A stretch of DNA of 64,000 nt, taken from IMG/VR virus record IMGVR_UViG_3300029286_000009, positions 186,001 through 250,000 of that record. One strand, 5' to 3'. A program made the position numbers and the translations under genes. Within the stretch, counting starts at the first letter, position 1. Each line of letters opens with the position of its first letter. This document shows, piece by piece, positions 53,372 through 63,509 of this stretch. Under the pieces are notes generated by a model. That model did no database searches and was not told where the DNA came from. It was given only the letters and a program-made list of their open reading frames with translations.

Positions 53372-54046
53372 TTGGGATCGATGCATAGTAAATTTGCAGA
53401 AATAGGAGACCCGAAATTGGCAACGATATTTTTATCGGATGTTGATGTGGGCGGAAGGCATGATAATAATTATACCTTGTTGCTTGACTATCTGCGTCAG
53501 TATATAAAGGAAACTGATAAAATTGTTATTGTAGGGGATTTACTTAATCTACAAGATGCTCCTATGGGTGAAGTCTTGTCTGTGGCACAAGATATACTGA
53601 AGTTTCTCTTCAAAGACTGCCGTTCCAAGTTACATTACATAATTGGGGATAAAGATAATGATATGATATTTCTTAAAGATATATTTCCTATTGTTCACTC
53701 CGCTCTTACTTTTCCTATCGCTAATAAGAAAGCAATCTGCTTGCATGGGCATTTGCTAACTCCCACTGTAGACACCTCAAGTGGTTTCTTCCATCAATTA
53801 TATAAAAGACTTTGTCCGGAGCAAGAGTCAGTATACGAAGCTAATATTGTAACTGTCTTTAAAGACAAGTTTGATTATGTTATTACTGGACATACTTTCT
53901 CGCCCACTATTAAGGATTTGGGGGGCATTACTTACATAAATGTTGGTGATGTAGTGGTTAATAAGACACTTTTGATCGCAAGGGCCAATGGGTTTGAGTT
54001 AATCAGTTATGTAACAGGTGAAGTTGTTGCGAGTGCTGGAGTTTAA
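53372..54046 (+). CDS. Calcineurin-like metallophosphoesterase (LpxH-like), degenerate
   Basis: SDVD, VGDLL, GDKD, HGH, GHTF and YINVGD motifs. Confidence 0.7.
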   Translation: MGSMHSKFAEIGDPKLATIFLSDVDVGGRHDNNYTLLLDYLRQYIKETDKIVIVGDLLNLQDAPMGEVLSVAQDILKFLFKDCRSKLHYIIGDKDNDMIFLKDIFPIVHSALTFPIANKKAICLHGHLLTPTVDTSSGFFHQLYKRLCPEQESVYEANIVTVFKDKFDYVITGHTFSPTIKDLGGITYINVGDVVVNKTLLIARANGFELISYVTGEVVASAGV

Positions 54047-54049
54047 AGA

Positions 54050-54367
54050 ATGATAAAAGACCAGCCAAGAGATATAGAAAATGTTACCGTAGGAAATTCA
54101 GTGGGTGGAATATTGCCTGTTCAGAACTTTACTGTAGTGAGTGGTGAATGGACACCTATCATAACAAATACTGACATAAAAGAATTTCTTCTACAACCCC
54201 GCCAAAAGTACACTTGGTTCTTTGCTACTGCATCTGGTGCAGCCACCTACTTCACATTTCGGGATGGGGCCGCTTGGGAGACTAGGTTAGTAGTTGATAC
54301 ATCTGCAACGATAGGATGGGTTAGTTCTGATTACAGTATAACTATGGAATTTTTGGCTGGTCGATGA
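54050..54367 (+). CDS. Small virion-like protein
   Basis: Beta-rich; co-oriented and overlapping the next gene. Confidence 0.5.
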   Translation: MIKDQPRDIENVTVGNSVGGILPVQNFTVVSGEWTPIITNTDIKEFLLQPRQKYTWFFATASGAATYFTFRDGAAWETRLVVDTSATIGWVSSDYSITMEFLAGR

Positions 54368-57174
54368 AAATTATTTACCCTTTCCCTATTTCTGATTACT
54401 ATACTAAAGACCAAATAGACTCTTTTCTAATGGGTATTACCCCTACTATATCTGGAGTTTATGGTATAATTGCTACTTACCAAGATAACCTTTGGTATGT
54501 GAGTGGGCAGTCTTTATCAGATTGGGCTAGTGCTACTTTTGTAGGTACAGCAGCAATGACCACCATTAGTGGGGATTTGGTAGCACAAATGGAACTTGGT
54601 GGCGGAGTAACCCAAGAGCAACTAACTACCGCTTCTGGAGATATAGTTGTTCAAATTCCTTCCTTAGTGGGTTACGCTACACAGAGTTGGGTTGCTAATT
54701 CTTATGTAGATAATGGGCAAATGACTACTATAAGTGGGGATATTATAGCTCAAATTGGTGAGCCTGGGGGCGGGGTCACGTTTGAGCAGTTAACTACTGC
54801 AAGTGGTGATATTGTTTCTCAGATACCTACTGATTACGTTACGCATGGACAAATTACCACGGTAAGCGGGGATGTTGTGGCTCAAATTCCTTCTTTATCA
54901 GGTTATGCTACACAGTCTTGGGCAAATCTAAATTTTATCGATTTAAATGAAATGACTACTATCAGCGGAGATTTATTAGCTCAGGTAGGTGGAGGCATTA
55001 CTGTAGAACAGCTAACTACAACTTCCGGCGATATTATATCTCAGATACCCGCGTTGGTGGGACAGGGTGGCATTACTACAAACCTTATAGGGTTAACTTG
55101 GTATGTAGATGGCAGCACTATTAGCGGTGGAACGGCGGGCTTACCTACGGGAAGCCTTAATGCACTTTTAATTAACAGTGGCGTAGAATGGGTATCAACT
55201 ACGTCTGGGACACCATCAGTTAGTAGCATTAAATTTACGGACGGGTCAGAGGCAACCACAGCGAGGTCTGTAGTGGCTTGTTCAGGAACTGAGGTCACTC
55301 AAGTTTTTGATGTCTACTATAGCGATAGTTTTCCAAAAGAATTATTTACACTTCCAGCTAATTGCGAAGTTACTAACGTAGCTATAACTGTTGTAAGTGG
55401 GTTTTTAGGTGGTTACGGGGCAGAAATGTACCCGACACTCGATCTTATCACTGGTACTACAAATGCAGGTGCAGCGACTAGTTTTAGAAGGGGAGGGGAG
55501 TATTTAAAAAATGGGTGGTATGTTAATTATATAGGAGTAGGTTGCACAAATGGTGCGGTTATAAAGCCTAAATATGGTAAGGTATGGTCTGCTGGAACGG
55601 CTGATTGCCGCGACAGTTTAGCAATTACAGTGAGTGGTGGCCAGATATCTTTCACAAAGGACGGAGGGAATTATTGGCAAGCATGTGATTTATTTAGGGT
55701 ACCAGATACTGGAAATTATGAAATCGGTGTGTATAACGCAATCACACTTAATTCTTTTTCATCGAGCAGCGCTCCTGGTCTTTACGGAATAACACAGTCT
55801 TATAAAACAGGTAATCAAACAGGTACCCAGATTACAACCTGGACGGTGAGTACAAGTTATAGTGTAAGGTTATCTGCAAGATACGCAGTTAGTTATAAAA
55901 TAGGTGAAGAACTTGATAATGAATCAATAATAAAGGAGTTTACTCCTTCTGTTTATACATCAGTTTCTGGACTTCAACAGGGCAATATTTGGTATCCGAC
56001 CGCGTCTGACCGTTTAATAAAGATTTATAAGAATGAAACTGTTGCGGATACTTCTGGTTATATGCAAGTTACGATAAAGTATAGAGAACATTGTTTTGAT
56101 GCTGCACAACAGACAGTAATTTCGGGCGGGGAAAATATTTATATAGAACAAACAGATTACAATAGGTTTGCAGTTTCAGCGACTACTCCGTGTTATCAGA
56201 GCTTATGCCAACGAACTATTCAGGCATCGATTTCTGGTGTGTCCTTTCCTATCGGATTCTCATTATTACCATCTAATCATATCTTACAAAGTATGTCCTT
56301 GACTTTAAGCGGGGTTGTAGGGGGTGGGGGGTCAACTGTTGGGATTTCTATCCCAGATAAAGCTGTGAGCCAATTCGATAATTATACATTAGTTAATAAA
56401 GATGTTCTTCTAGATAATCAAGCACAGATAAGTTCTGTGTGGCTCTTTAACAAGACTGCTGGGGCCCAGTTTACACTTAAACAAGCAAGGGAGGTAGTTG
56501 CAGGTACTTACACACTTGGTGATATTTACTCTGGTACGCACAATGGGGATGGTGAGCAACAATTTGATTTTGCTCCAGTTACCGTAACCGGTACCGGATC
56601 TGATACAATGTATATTTCTGTGTATTGGAGTGGGGGTACAGAAACCGCCGGAGCTACTATTGTTGCATCATACAGAAAAGTAGGTAACCTAACTGGATAT
56701 CAATCTGGTTTTGCAAGTTCCGTCTCATATGGGTGTTGGGTAAAGGTTGGTTATGCCCCTTCGTTGTCAGTTGGTGTTCCTGCAGATCAAACAAGATTTA
56801 TTCCTGTGTTTACTTCAGCATCTGGAACGGTTATCTCTACAGGTACATTTGGTCCGTATAGTGAAGTAGTTCCCATAGAAATTTATTCAACATCTACAAA
56901 TATATCAGACCCAACTTCGGGTTTACTTGATTTAACTTACAGCTATTATAATCCGCAAAGTATTCAATACAACCGCGGTTATGGTTTACCTTGGTCGGGT
57001 GATGTTGGGACAGAGATAACTCATAATTTTGGAAATATTAATCATACAATATACATTACTCCTAATGATATAAATCCAGGAAATTGGTGGGTTACTAAGG
57101 GAATTAACACTGATACAGTGTATTCTAATACATTGTCTGGTACTGGAACTTTCGATTGGTTTATCCAGCTATAA
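54364..57174 (+). CDS. Large fibre-like virion protein with tandem TTxSGD repeats
   Basis: Seven TT(I/A/V/T)SGD(L/I/V)..Q repeats at about 54556-55050; Thr/Ser/Gly-rich. Confidence 0.7.
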   Translation: MKIIYPFPISDYYTKDQIDSFLMGITPTISGVYGIIATYQDNLWYVSGQSLSDWASATFVGTAAMTTISGDLVAQMELGGGVTQEQLTTASGDIVVQIPSLVGYATQSWVANSYVDNGQMTTISGDIIAQIGEPGGGVTFEQLTTASGDIVSQIPTDYVTHGQITTVSGDVVAQIPSLSGYATQSWANLNFIDLNEMTTISGDLLAQVGGGITVEQLTTTSGDIISQIPALVGQGGITTNLIGLTWYVDGSTISGGTAGLPTGSLNALLINSGVEWVSTTSGTPSVSSIKFTDGSEATTARSVVACSGTEVTQVFDVYYSDSFPKELFTLPANCEVTNVAITVVSGFLGGYGAEMYPTLDLITGTTNAGAATSFRRGGEYLKNGWYVNYIGVGCTNGAVIKPKYGKVWSAGTADCRDSLAITVSGGQISFTKDGGNYWQACDLFRVPDTGNYEIGVYNAITLNSFSSSSAPGLYGITQSYKTGNQTGTQITTWTVSTSYSVRLSARYAVSYKIGEELDNESIIKEFTPSVYTSVSGLQQGNIWYPTASDRLIKIYKNETVADTSGYMQVTIKYREHCFDAAQQTVISGGENIYIEQTDYNRFAVSATTPCYQSLCQRTIQASISGVSFPIGFSLLPSNHILQSMSLTLSGVVGGGGSTVGISIPDKAVSQFDNYTLVNKDVLLDNQAQISSVWLFNKTAGAQFTLKQAREVVAGTYTLGDIYSGTHNGDGEQQFDFAPVTVTGTGSDTMYISVYWSGGTETAGATIVASYRKVGNLTGYQSGFASSVSYGCWVKVGYAPSLSVGVPADQTRFIPVFTSASGTVISTGTFGPYSEVVPIEIYSTSTNISDPTSGLLDLTYSYYNPQSIQYNRGYGLPWSGDVGTEITHNFGNINHTIYITPNDINPGNWWVTKGINTDTVYSNTLSGTGTFDWFIQL

Positions 57175-57335
57175 ATTTTTATTTAACTTTATACACCGAA
57201 AACCGTGTAATTAACTAACTTAAATATATAAGCAGATAATAAAAGGTGGAAAAGGTCAAGGTTTTGTGGGGGCAGAACAGGTGATAATAAGTCGCCAAAA
57301 GACTTGGTACACTCTATTAGTGGAGGGTTTAATGA

Positions 57336-58067
57336 ATGAAATCGACCAATAAAAACAAGCAAATTAGGGCAACAGCTAAGCAGGCAGTCGCAGAAGTTTT
57401 AGCTGACGAAACTAATCAGAAAGGCAAACTGGAAGAGCTTGTTGAAGGTTATCAGACTGACCTCGCAGATTTGTCAGATGCCAAAGCTGCGGTTGAGGAG
57501 GATAATCAGTCTCTTGCAGCTGAAAATGAAGCCCTAAGAAGCGAAAAGAAAGACTTAGAGCAAAAGATTATTGATTTAGAGAAGGAAATTTCTAAGCTTA
57601 CAGCGTTGCACGCTGCAGCGGAACTGGCTAAGAACGATCTGGAAACTAAGTTGCATAATATGGAACAGGATGCTGCTATGCAGAAAAGGATAGCTGAGCT
57701 TGAGGAGGCTGATCTCCTGGAGAGTGCTAGTGTAACAGATAAACTGAGAACTAAAATTAAGAAGATGGATGACGAAGAGTTCGCTGACTACAAAGGTGAG
57801 CTTGTAGCATTCAAAGTTCGTTGGGAAAAGAAGGTTGCTCAGACTGCAACTGTTCCTGTGGGTGTGGCAGTTGACAATGGTGTAGATACTGACACAGATA
57901 TTAGTGACGACGTGCTAGACAACCCGAGAACGACTGCGGCAGAACTCCTGAAACTCAAAAAGCAAATGGCATCTCTTACTGTTATTCCTGCTGGAGGCGA
58001 CGATGACCTCCCAGAAGAGATGGCTAAAGACTATGCGAGCATGTGGGATGAGGAGGAGAAGAAATAA
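57336..58067 (+). CDS. Capsid scaffolding protein
   Basis: Acidic long coiled coil upstream of the capsid genes. Confidence 0.6.
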   Translation: MKSTNKNKQIRATAKQAVAEVLADETNQKGKLEELVEGYQTDLADLSDAKAAVEEDNQSLAAENEALRSEKKDLEQKIIDLEKEISKLTALHAAAELAKNDLETKLHNMEQDAAMQKRIAELEEADLLESASVTDKLRTKIKKMDDEEFADYKGELVAFKVRWEKKVAQTATVPVGVAVDNGVDTDTDISDDVLDNPRTTAAELLKLKKQMASLTVIPAGGDDDLPEEMAKDYASMWDEEEKK

Positions 58068-58591
58068 TGTTTATTGCAAGACAACCTGTGCTTGAGAATT
58101 CATTCTGCAAGCATGACATTACACAAGATTCTTCTTACGTTTCAAGTTCCCCAATCGTTTGTCCGCAGGGCGTAGTAGTTACTATAGCAGGCTGCGACGG
58201 TGAAACGACTGTGGTCAAAATGATGGATGATTGCGATCAGGTACCGTTTGGGTTTCTAATGCAAGAAATCCGTCAGTATTATGACAGGGAGTACGTGCCA
58301 TGGGGTGGGCGACTACCGAGACATCAGGGAACTCAACAAGAGTTTATTGGTGGACCTGTAGGCGTAGCACACTTGGGTCTCTGGAGCACAAACGTATATG
58401 ATGTGGATGTACCGATCAGTGCTGGTGACAAGCTTTATGCTTCAGCTAGCGGAACGTTGTGCACCGCTTCTGGTAGTGGTTATTGCCAATCTGGAGTAAA
58501 TAATACTACTCCGGTAGCAGTAGCGATGAACACACTAACAGTGGCTAGATTGGTGCAGGGACGACAGCTGCACATTAAGGCTCTGATATAA
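58067..58591 (+). CDS. Head decoration/cement-like protein
   Basis: P.G.L and AGDKLY...G.L motifs; lies between scaffold and capsid. Confidence 0.55.
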   Translation: MFIARQPVLENSFCKHDITQDSSYVSSSPIVCPQGVVVTIAGCDGETTVVKMMDDCDQVPFGFLMQEIRQYYDREYVPWGGRLPRHQGTQQEFIGGPVGVAHLGLWSTNVYDVDVPISAGDKLYASASGTLCTASGSGYCQSGVNNTTPVAVAMNTLTVARLVQGRQLHIKALI

Positions 58592-58597
58592 TAGGGG

Positions 58598-59686
58598 GTG
58601 TGTTATAAAATGGCTATTAGTTTAGAAAGAAAATGTGAACTTTTTAAAGCGACCGCCGACATGCACACGCCGCGGGGCCTTAGGGCTTTCCAAGAGTTTG
58701 CAGCTTCTTTAACCGGACCAATTTTAAAGAAGGTTGAAGAGAAGTCTTACATGCGGCAGTTGTTTTCGGTCATCAGGCTTGGTCCTGGCCAGCAACCGTC
58801 ATTCCCAATCGCGGATGACTTTGATAGCCCTATCTGGATTCTTCCTGGTATGGCTTATGTTGCACAGGACACCATGGAACTCGGGGCAGAAGAGGTCTTA
58901 ATTCCTACGTTCACCTTACAGGCGGCGAAGAATTGGCTCCTCAAGTATGCTCGTGAGGGACGTGTGGATATTGTTACTAAGGCTCAGCAGGCAGTTGCTA
59001 ATGCAATTGCTGCATATGAGGAAGAGGCTGGATGGAGAACCATTATTCCTGCTGTAACTTCAGCATTTGATGGTGCAGGCATTCTACCTCCTCGTGCTGC
59101 TCCTGTATATGAAATGGCAGCGGGCGATGCCTCTGCGGGCTATTTCTCAAAGGAGCTTTTGAATCGCATGATAGTTGGATATCAGCGGTTAGGTCGTAAT
59201 CTGGGGGAACTTTGGATTTCTCCGGAAGACATGGCTGACATTAGAGAGTATACGGACACCGAAGTTGACCCAGTAACTCGAAGGGAAATTTTTCAGGCTG
59301 CTGGTCTAGGCAGTATTTGGGGAGTTACCTTTAGGGTTGCAGATTGTCTAGGTGTGCGTGGTAAATACAACATCAATGACAAGACGTCATTGTATGGTCC
59401 GTTCAGGGGCGACACAAGTAATCACTTTAATGATTACACAATCACTCACGGTAATGTTCTTGATGAGAATGGAAACTTGGATACGGCTGGTGAGACTCAG
59501 GTATATGGGTTTGACAAGTCCGACATGTCTCTTATCATGATAATTAAGCAGGAGTACGAAGCCCATGACGATCCGACTCTACACAGACGCCAGCAACAAG
59601 GCTTTTATGGCTGGTGCGAGTATGGCTTTGCATGTCTCGAAGCCCGCAGCATGTGCCTTGGTGTCGTTGATAGGTATACCCCATAA
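58598..59686 (+). CDS. Major capsid protein; start probably 58610
   Basis: About 360 aa, last large gene of the head module, C-terminal G.YGW.EYGF, strong terminator downstream. Confidence 0.78.
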   Translation: MCYKMAISLERKCELFKATADMHTPRGLRAFQEFAASLTGPILKKVEEKSYMRQLFSVIRLGPGQQPSFPIADDFDSPIWILPGMAYVAQDTMELGAEEVLIPTFTLQAAKNWLLKYAREGRVDIVTKAQQAVANAIAAYEEEAGWRTIIPAVTSAFDGAGILPPRAAPVYEMAAGDASAGYFSKELLNRMIVGYQRLGRNLGELWISPEDMADIREYTDTEVDPVTRREIFQAAGLGSIWGVTFRVADCLGVRGKYNINDKTSLYGPFRGDTSNHFNDYTITHGNVLDENGNLDTAGETQVYGFDKSDMSLIMIIKQEYEAHDDPTLHRRQQQGFYGWCEYGFACLEARSMCLGVVDRYTP

Positions 59687-59953
59687 GGAGGCGTAAACAT
59701 GGCGATAATCTATCTTGACCTAAGTGGGAAGACCCGTAAGGTAAAGACCACTGATTGGAAACATCGGCTCTGGGACGGCTCCTGGGGACGATATGGTTGG
59801 TTCTGTCAATTTAACCTAGAGCCTTATTTCCTTACAACTAAGGTTACTGATGAGGCAGCATACGCCGGAGATGGCTTCAATGCCTTCTGGCACATCCGCT
59901 GGGGTTAATCAATAATCAAATCAATAACTTAGGTTAATTACCCCAAGTTAACT

Positions 59954-59984
59954 AAAGCGGACTCTTGGGTCCGCTTTTCTTTTT
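59954..59984 (+). terminator. Rho-independent terminator after the capsid operon
   Basis: AAAGCGGAC-TCTTGG-GTCCGCTTT followed by a T-run. Confidence 0.8.
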
Positions 59985-60622
59985 CACACCATTCTTTTCA
60001 TTTTTTGCTGTTAATTTTTACCTCTCGGACACTTTTGGGTAATATACTTATAGTATAGACCAAAAGTATAAGGAGATTTAGGATGGCAGGTTCAAAACGT
60101 ATTGCATGGACTCCTGAAGAGGACAAACTTCTTAAGGAGAATTATGGTAAGGTTACTTCTAAGGAACTGGTAGCTTTAATACCAACACACAGTAGCGGTT
60201 CTATTCGTGCTCGTGCGGATTATTTCAGGAAGAAGGGGGATGCTGAAATTCCTGAAAAACAAGAAAAAAGAAAGTATGATGTTAACTTTGGTTTCTTTGA
60301 TGAAATAGGTTTAGAGCAGTGTGCTTTTGCGGGGTTGGTAGCTAGTGATGGGTGTATTAAGCCTAAGAAAAACTTGGTACAGGTGTCTTTGAAGGACTAT
60401 GATTATTTAAGAGAGTGGGCAAACGTAATAGGATACACTGGACCAGTTCATACTTATGATATTGCTGAGGGGCAGATTGGACACGGTCAAATTTCTGTTT
60501 TGTTAGTGCATGGTGTCCCACGTTGGCTTGATGTCCTGTATAAGATATTTAATGTGACCCCAAAGAAATCATTAACACTATCTCCTCCGAACCTCACTAA
60601 CAGAGAACAAATTCTTGCTTAC

Positions 60623-61865
60623 CGAAATTCCTTGGTTTAAAGCCCCCGAATTTATTCGTGGGCTTTCATGAAAAACACGGAATCATTTAACTTCCTTTGT
60701 GTCAAAATATAGTAGGTGCGTAAAATATGAGAAAGTCTTTTCAATACAGGATTTATCCAACTAAGAAGCAACAAACATTGCTGCTAAATACCCTTGAGCA
60801 ATGCAGGCGGTTGTATAATCATCTGCTGGAACAGCGTAAAAATAGTTGGGAACAATTCCATAAAGGGCTTTCTCTCTATGACCAACAAGCAACCTTTCCT
60901 ACACTGAAAGAACGCGTTCCTGAACTTAAAGACATTCATTCTCAAGTTTTGCAAAATGTAGCCGTCAGAATAGACCTTGCATTTAAGGCTTTCTTCCGCA
61001 GAGTGAAACAAGGTGTCGATCCCGGATATCCTCGGTTTCGTGGATTCGGTAGATATGACTCCTTCACATACCCTCAAACTGGATTCAGACTCAACGAAAA
61101 ATCCGTAAGTCTTTCCAAAATTGGGAAAGTAAAAGCAGTAATTCATAGACCAACTGAAGGGACAATCAAGACTTGTACCATTAGAAAAACTGCAACTCAG
61201 AAATGGTTTATCTCTTTCTCTTGCGAAGTAGATAGAAATATTCTCCCTGACAATACTGTCTCTGTTGGGCTTGACGCAGGACTCTCTTCGTTCATGACAC
61301 TCTCTAATGGTGAAAAGGTTGATAACCCTCGTTTCTTTAAACAAGAGGCTAAAAATCTTGCAAAGGTTCAACGCAGACTTTCCAAACAAACCAAAGGAAC
61401 CCGTAAGAGGCACAAGTGTCGCAAGATAGTTTCTCGCGTTCATGAGCGAATCACGAACAAGAGAAAAGATTTTGCTCACAAGCTGTCTCGTAAACTCATA
61501 GACGCCTATGGTGTGATAGCTATTGAAGACCTGTCCATCAATAATATGCAAAAAGATAACTTTCGCTGCATTAACCGTGGAATAGCAGACGTGGCTTGGC
61601 GAAATTTCTTTGATATGCTGGTCTACAAGGCAGAATGCGCCGGTAGAATAGTAATCAAAGTCAATCCCGCCTACACTAGCCAAATTTGCTCACATTGTGG
61701 ATATCGTCAAAAGATTCCATTATCAACTAGAGTTTTTAAGTGCCCATGTTGTAATTTCGAAATTGATAGAGATGTTAATGCTGCGATAAATATTCTCAGT
61801 CTGGGGCTACAGACTGTTGGCTCTGCCAAAGAAGCCCCCCGCCTTTAGGCGTGGGGAATAGTCAC
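60623..61865 (+). mobile_element. IS200/IS605-family TnpB-only element
   Basis: Follows TTAC (60619-60622); left hairpin near 60640-60665; right hairpin GAAGCCCCCCGCCTTTAGGCGTGGGG ending in TCAC. Confidence 0.8.
60727..61848 (+). CDS. tnpB: TnpB RNA-guided nuclease
   Basis: YRIYPT HTH, GYPRF, GLDAG, IEDL, TSQICS.CG, DRDVNAA.NI. Confidence 0.95.
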   Translation: MRKSFQYRIYPTKKQQTLLLNTLEQCRRLYNHLLEQRKNSWEQFHKGLSLYDQQATFPTLKERVPELKDIHSQVLQNVAVRIDLAFKAFFRRVKQGVDPGYPRFRGFGRYDSFTYPQTGFRLNEKSVSLSKIGKVKAVIHRPTEGTIKTCTIRKTATQKWFISFSCEVDRNILPDNTVSVGLDAGLSSFMTLSNGEKVDNPRFFKQEAKNLAKVQRRLSKQTKGTRKRHKCRKIVSRVHERITNKRKDFAHKLSRKLIDAYGVIAIEDLSINNMQKDNFRCINRGIADVAWRNFFDMLVYKAECAGRIVIKVNPAYTSQICSHCGYRQKIPLSTRVFKCPCCNFEIDRDVNAAINILSLGLQTVGSAKEAPRL

Positions 61866-62240
61866 TCGTAAGTGGAAGAAGTTTGAGGACTACCTCTCCA
61901 AATAACTTCCCTTCTTCTCCTATTAGACTATACACGGGAGGACTAGACTATGACTATGCAAGAGTGGTTGTTACAAATAGAGAAGGATATTCAAATGCTT
62001 AGGTTGGTTAGGGATGTACTAAATGACTTTCTTTACTCCTTGCCCGGCACTGGTTACCCCAAAGACGATTGTTGCAGTCCTTGTGATGATAACTCTTCTA
62101 ATCCTATGGAAGAGCTTTCCGAAATTATTATGTTACGTCTAGACATACTTAAACAGGTGCTCCCCCGTCTTGGTTCTGCTATTGATGATTTTAGTTCTTT
62201 GATGGCTGGTAGTGTTCCTAAGGGAGAGGAGGGTTAAACT

Positions 62241-62642
62241 GTGGAAGATTTAGAAAATGAAGTTAAAAAAGTAAATAAAGCAATAATTGAAACTAATCCT
62301 GAGTGGTCTTTTTGGCAACGTACTCTAGCCAATCTCATTAACGCCAGTGGTGTATTCCTTTGGGTGTTCGTATCTGTCTACCTCCTTTACACGTATGATA
62401 AAAATTTAGAACTAAGTATACTACGCGACGCAATGTTGAATATAATTATACCAGCTACGGTGTATGGTGTTTTTACGCTTTTTTCTGCGATGACTTTAGT
62501 ATCTTGGTTCTTCCCGTATTTCTCCTTTCGCACTTTAATGGAAAAAGGTACGCCTATGGAGCGTTTGGGGTGCATGGGTTTTTGGGCAGTGATAGGATTA
62601 TGTATCGCTATGATTATTTGTAAAGCGATAAATCCAGGTTAA
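62241..62642 (+). CDS. Holin-like membrane protein with three predicted helices
   Basis: Hydrophobic helices; directly upstream of a peptidoglycan hydrolase. Confidence 0.5.
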   Translation: MEDLENEVKKVNKAIIETNPEWSFWQRTLANLINASGVFLWVFVSVYLLYTYDKNLELSILRDAMLNIIIPATVYGVFTLFSAMTLVSWFFPYFSFRTLMEKGTPMERLGCMGFWAVIGLCIAMIICKAINPG

Positions 62643-62643
62643 G

Positions 62644-63207
62644 ATGAAAAGGTTATTAGTTGCTGTAGTAATAACACTTATTGCAGTAACTTCCAATGCA
62701 GAACCTCTTAAAATGAGTGATATTGTTTTTAGTGATGATCCACTAGAGAATAGTGTTATACGTAGAATGGATTTTTGGACTAAATTTTATCTAGCCCGCC
62801 GGGTGCCTTACGGGTGGGGAGCGAACTGGTCGATCTACTTCGACTGTTCAGGTGGTATAGAAACGATATGCCGTAAAAGTGGTATAGGGCATTTGCCTAG
62901 GACTACTTCAGAACGTATGTGGCGTACGTGGGCTAATAAAAAAAGATGGACCATTAATAAGGAGATGTGGCAGCAATCAAGATTTCCTTATTTAATCTTT
63001 TACACGTTTCCATCTAAACCAGGCAAGCCACCTCGACCATATGGACATGTTTGTTTTGCTTGGAAAAAGGATGATTTAAAGGTTATCACTATTGCTGAAG
63101 CATCTTCTAGTGCTGGTTATTTTAAGGAGACTCTGATGCGTAAAAAGGATTACCATGACCAGCATTGGGTGGGGCTATTGCAATTAAATTTATTACCAGG
63201 TAAGTAA
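62644..63207 (+). CDS. NlpC/P60 peptidoglycan hydrolase (probable endolysin) with signal peptide
   Basis: PYGWG...FDCSG, LPRT, GHV, EASS. Confidence 0.85.
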   Translation: MKRLLVAVVITLIAVTSNAEPLKMSDIVFSDDPLENSVIRRMDFWTKFYLARRVPYGWGANWSIYFDCSGGIETICRKSGIGHLPRTTSERMWRTWANKKRWTINKEMWQQSRFPYLIFYTFPSKPGKPPRPYGHVCFAWKKDDLKVITIAEASSSAGYFKETLMRKKDYHDQHWVGLLQLNLLPGK

Positions 63208-63209
63208 GT

Positions 63210-63509
63210 ATGTATTACCCAGGGATGATTACACAGACAATTTTGGTTATGGTTATTATTGGAGCCATGGCTGTAGTTGGTTATCTTGGTGTGAAAAACC
63301 ATTTCCAAAAGAGCAAGATATTTACAATAGAGGCACAGCTTAAAGAGTGCGAACTTGCAAAGGCTTCTGTGCAAAAGACTAATATTTTTCTGCAAAGCAA
63401 TATGGATATTTTAAACTCGTATTACAATCAGAAGAAGAAGCCGAAGCCACCCGCGATTGTGGGAGGGCAACTAAAGTTAGAGAATATTTTTATGGGGCCA
63501 CCAAGATGA
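63210..63509 (+). CDS. Probable i-spanin
   Basis: N-terminal TM helix plus coiled coil after the endolysin. Confidence 0.55.
   Translation: MYYPGMITQTILVMVIIGAMAVVGYLGVKNHFQKSKIFTIEAQLKECELAKASVQKTNIFLQSNMDILNSYYNQKKKPKPPAIVGGQLKLENIFMGPPR

Larger units (their letters stand above)
60083..61905 (+). pseudogene. LAGLIDADG endonuclease disrupted by a TnpB element
   Basis: FAGLVASDG and PKKSL.L.PPNL...QILAY as in 45411..46229, cut at 60622; C-terminal RKWKKFEDYLSK* at 61867-61905. Confidence 0.8.
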
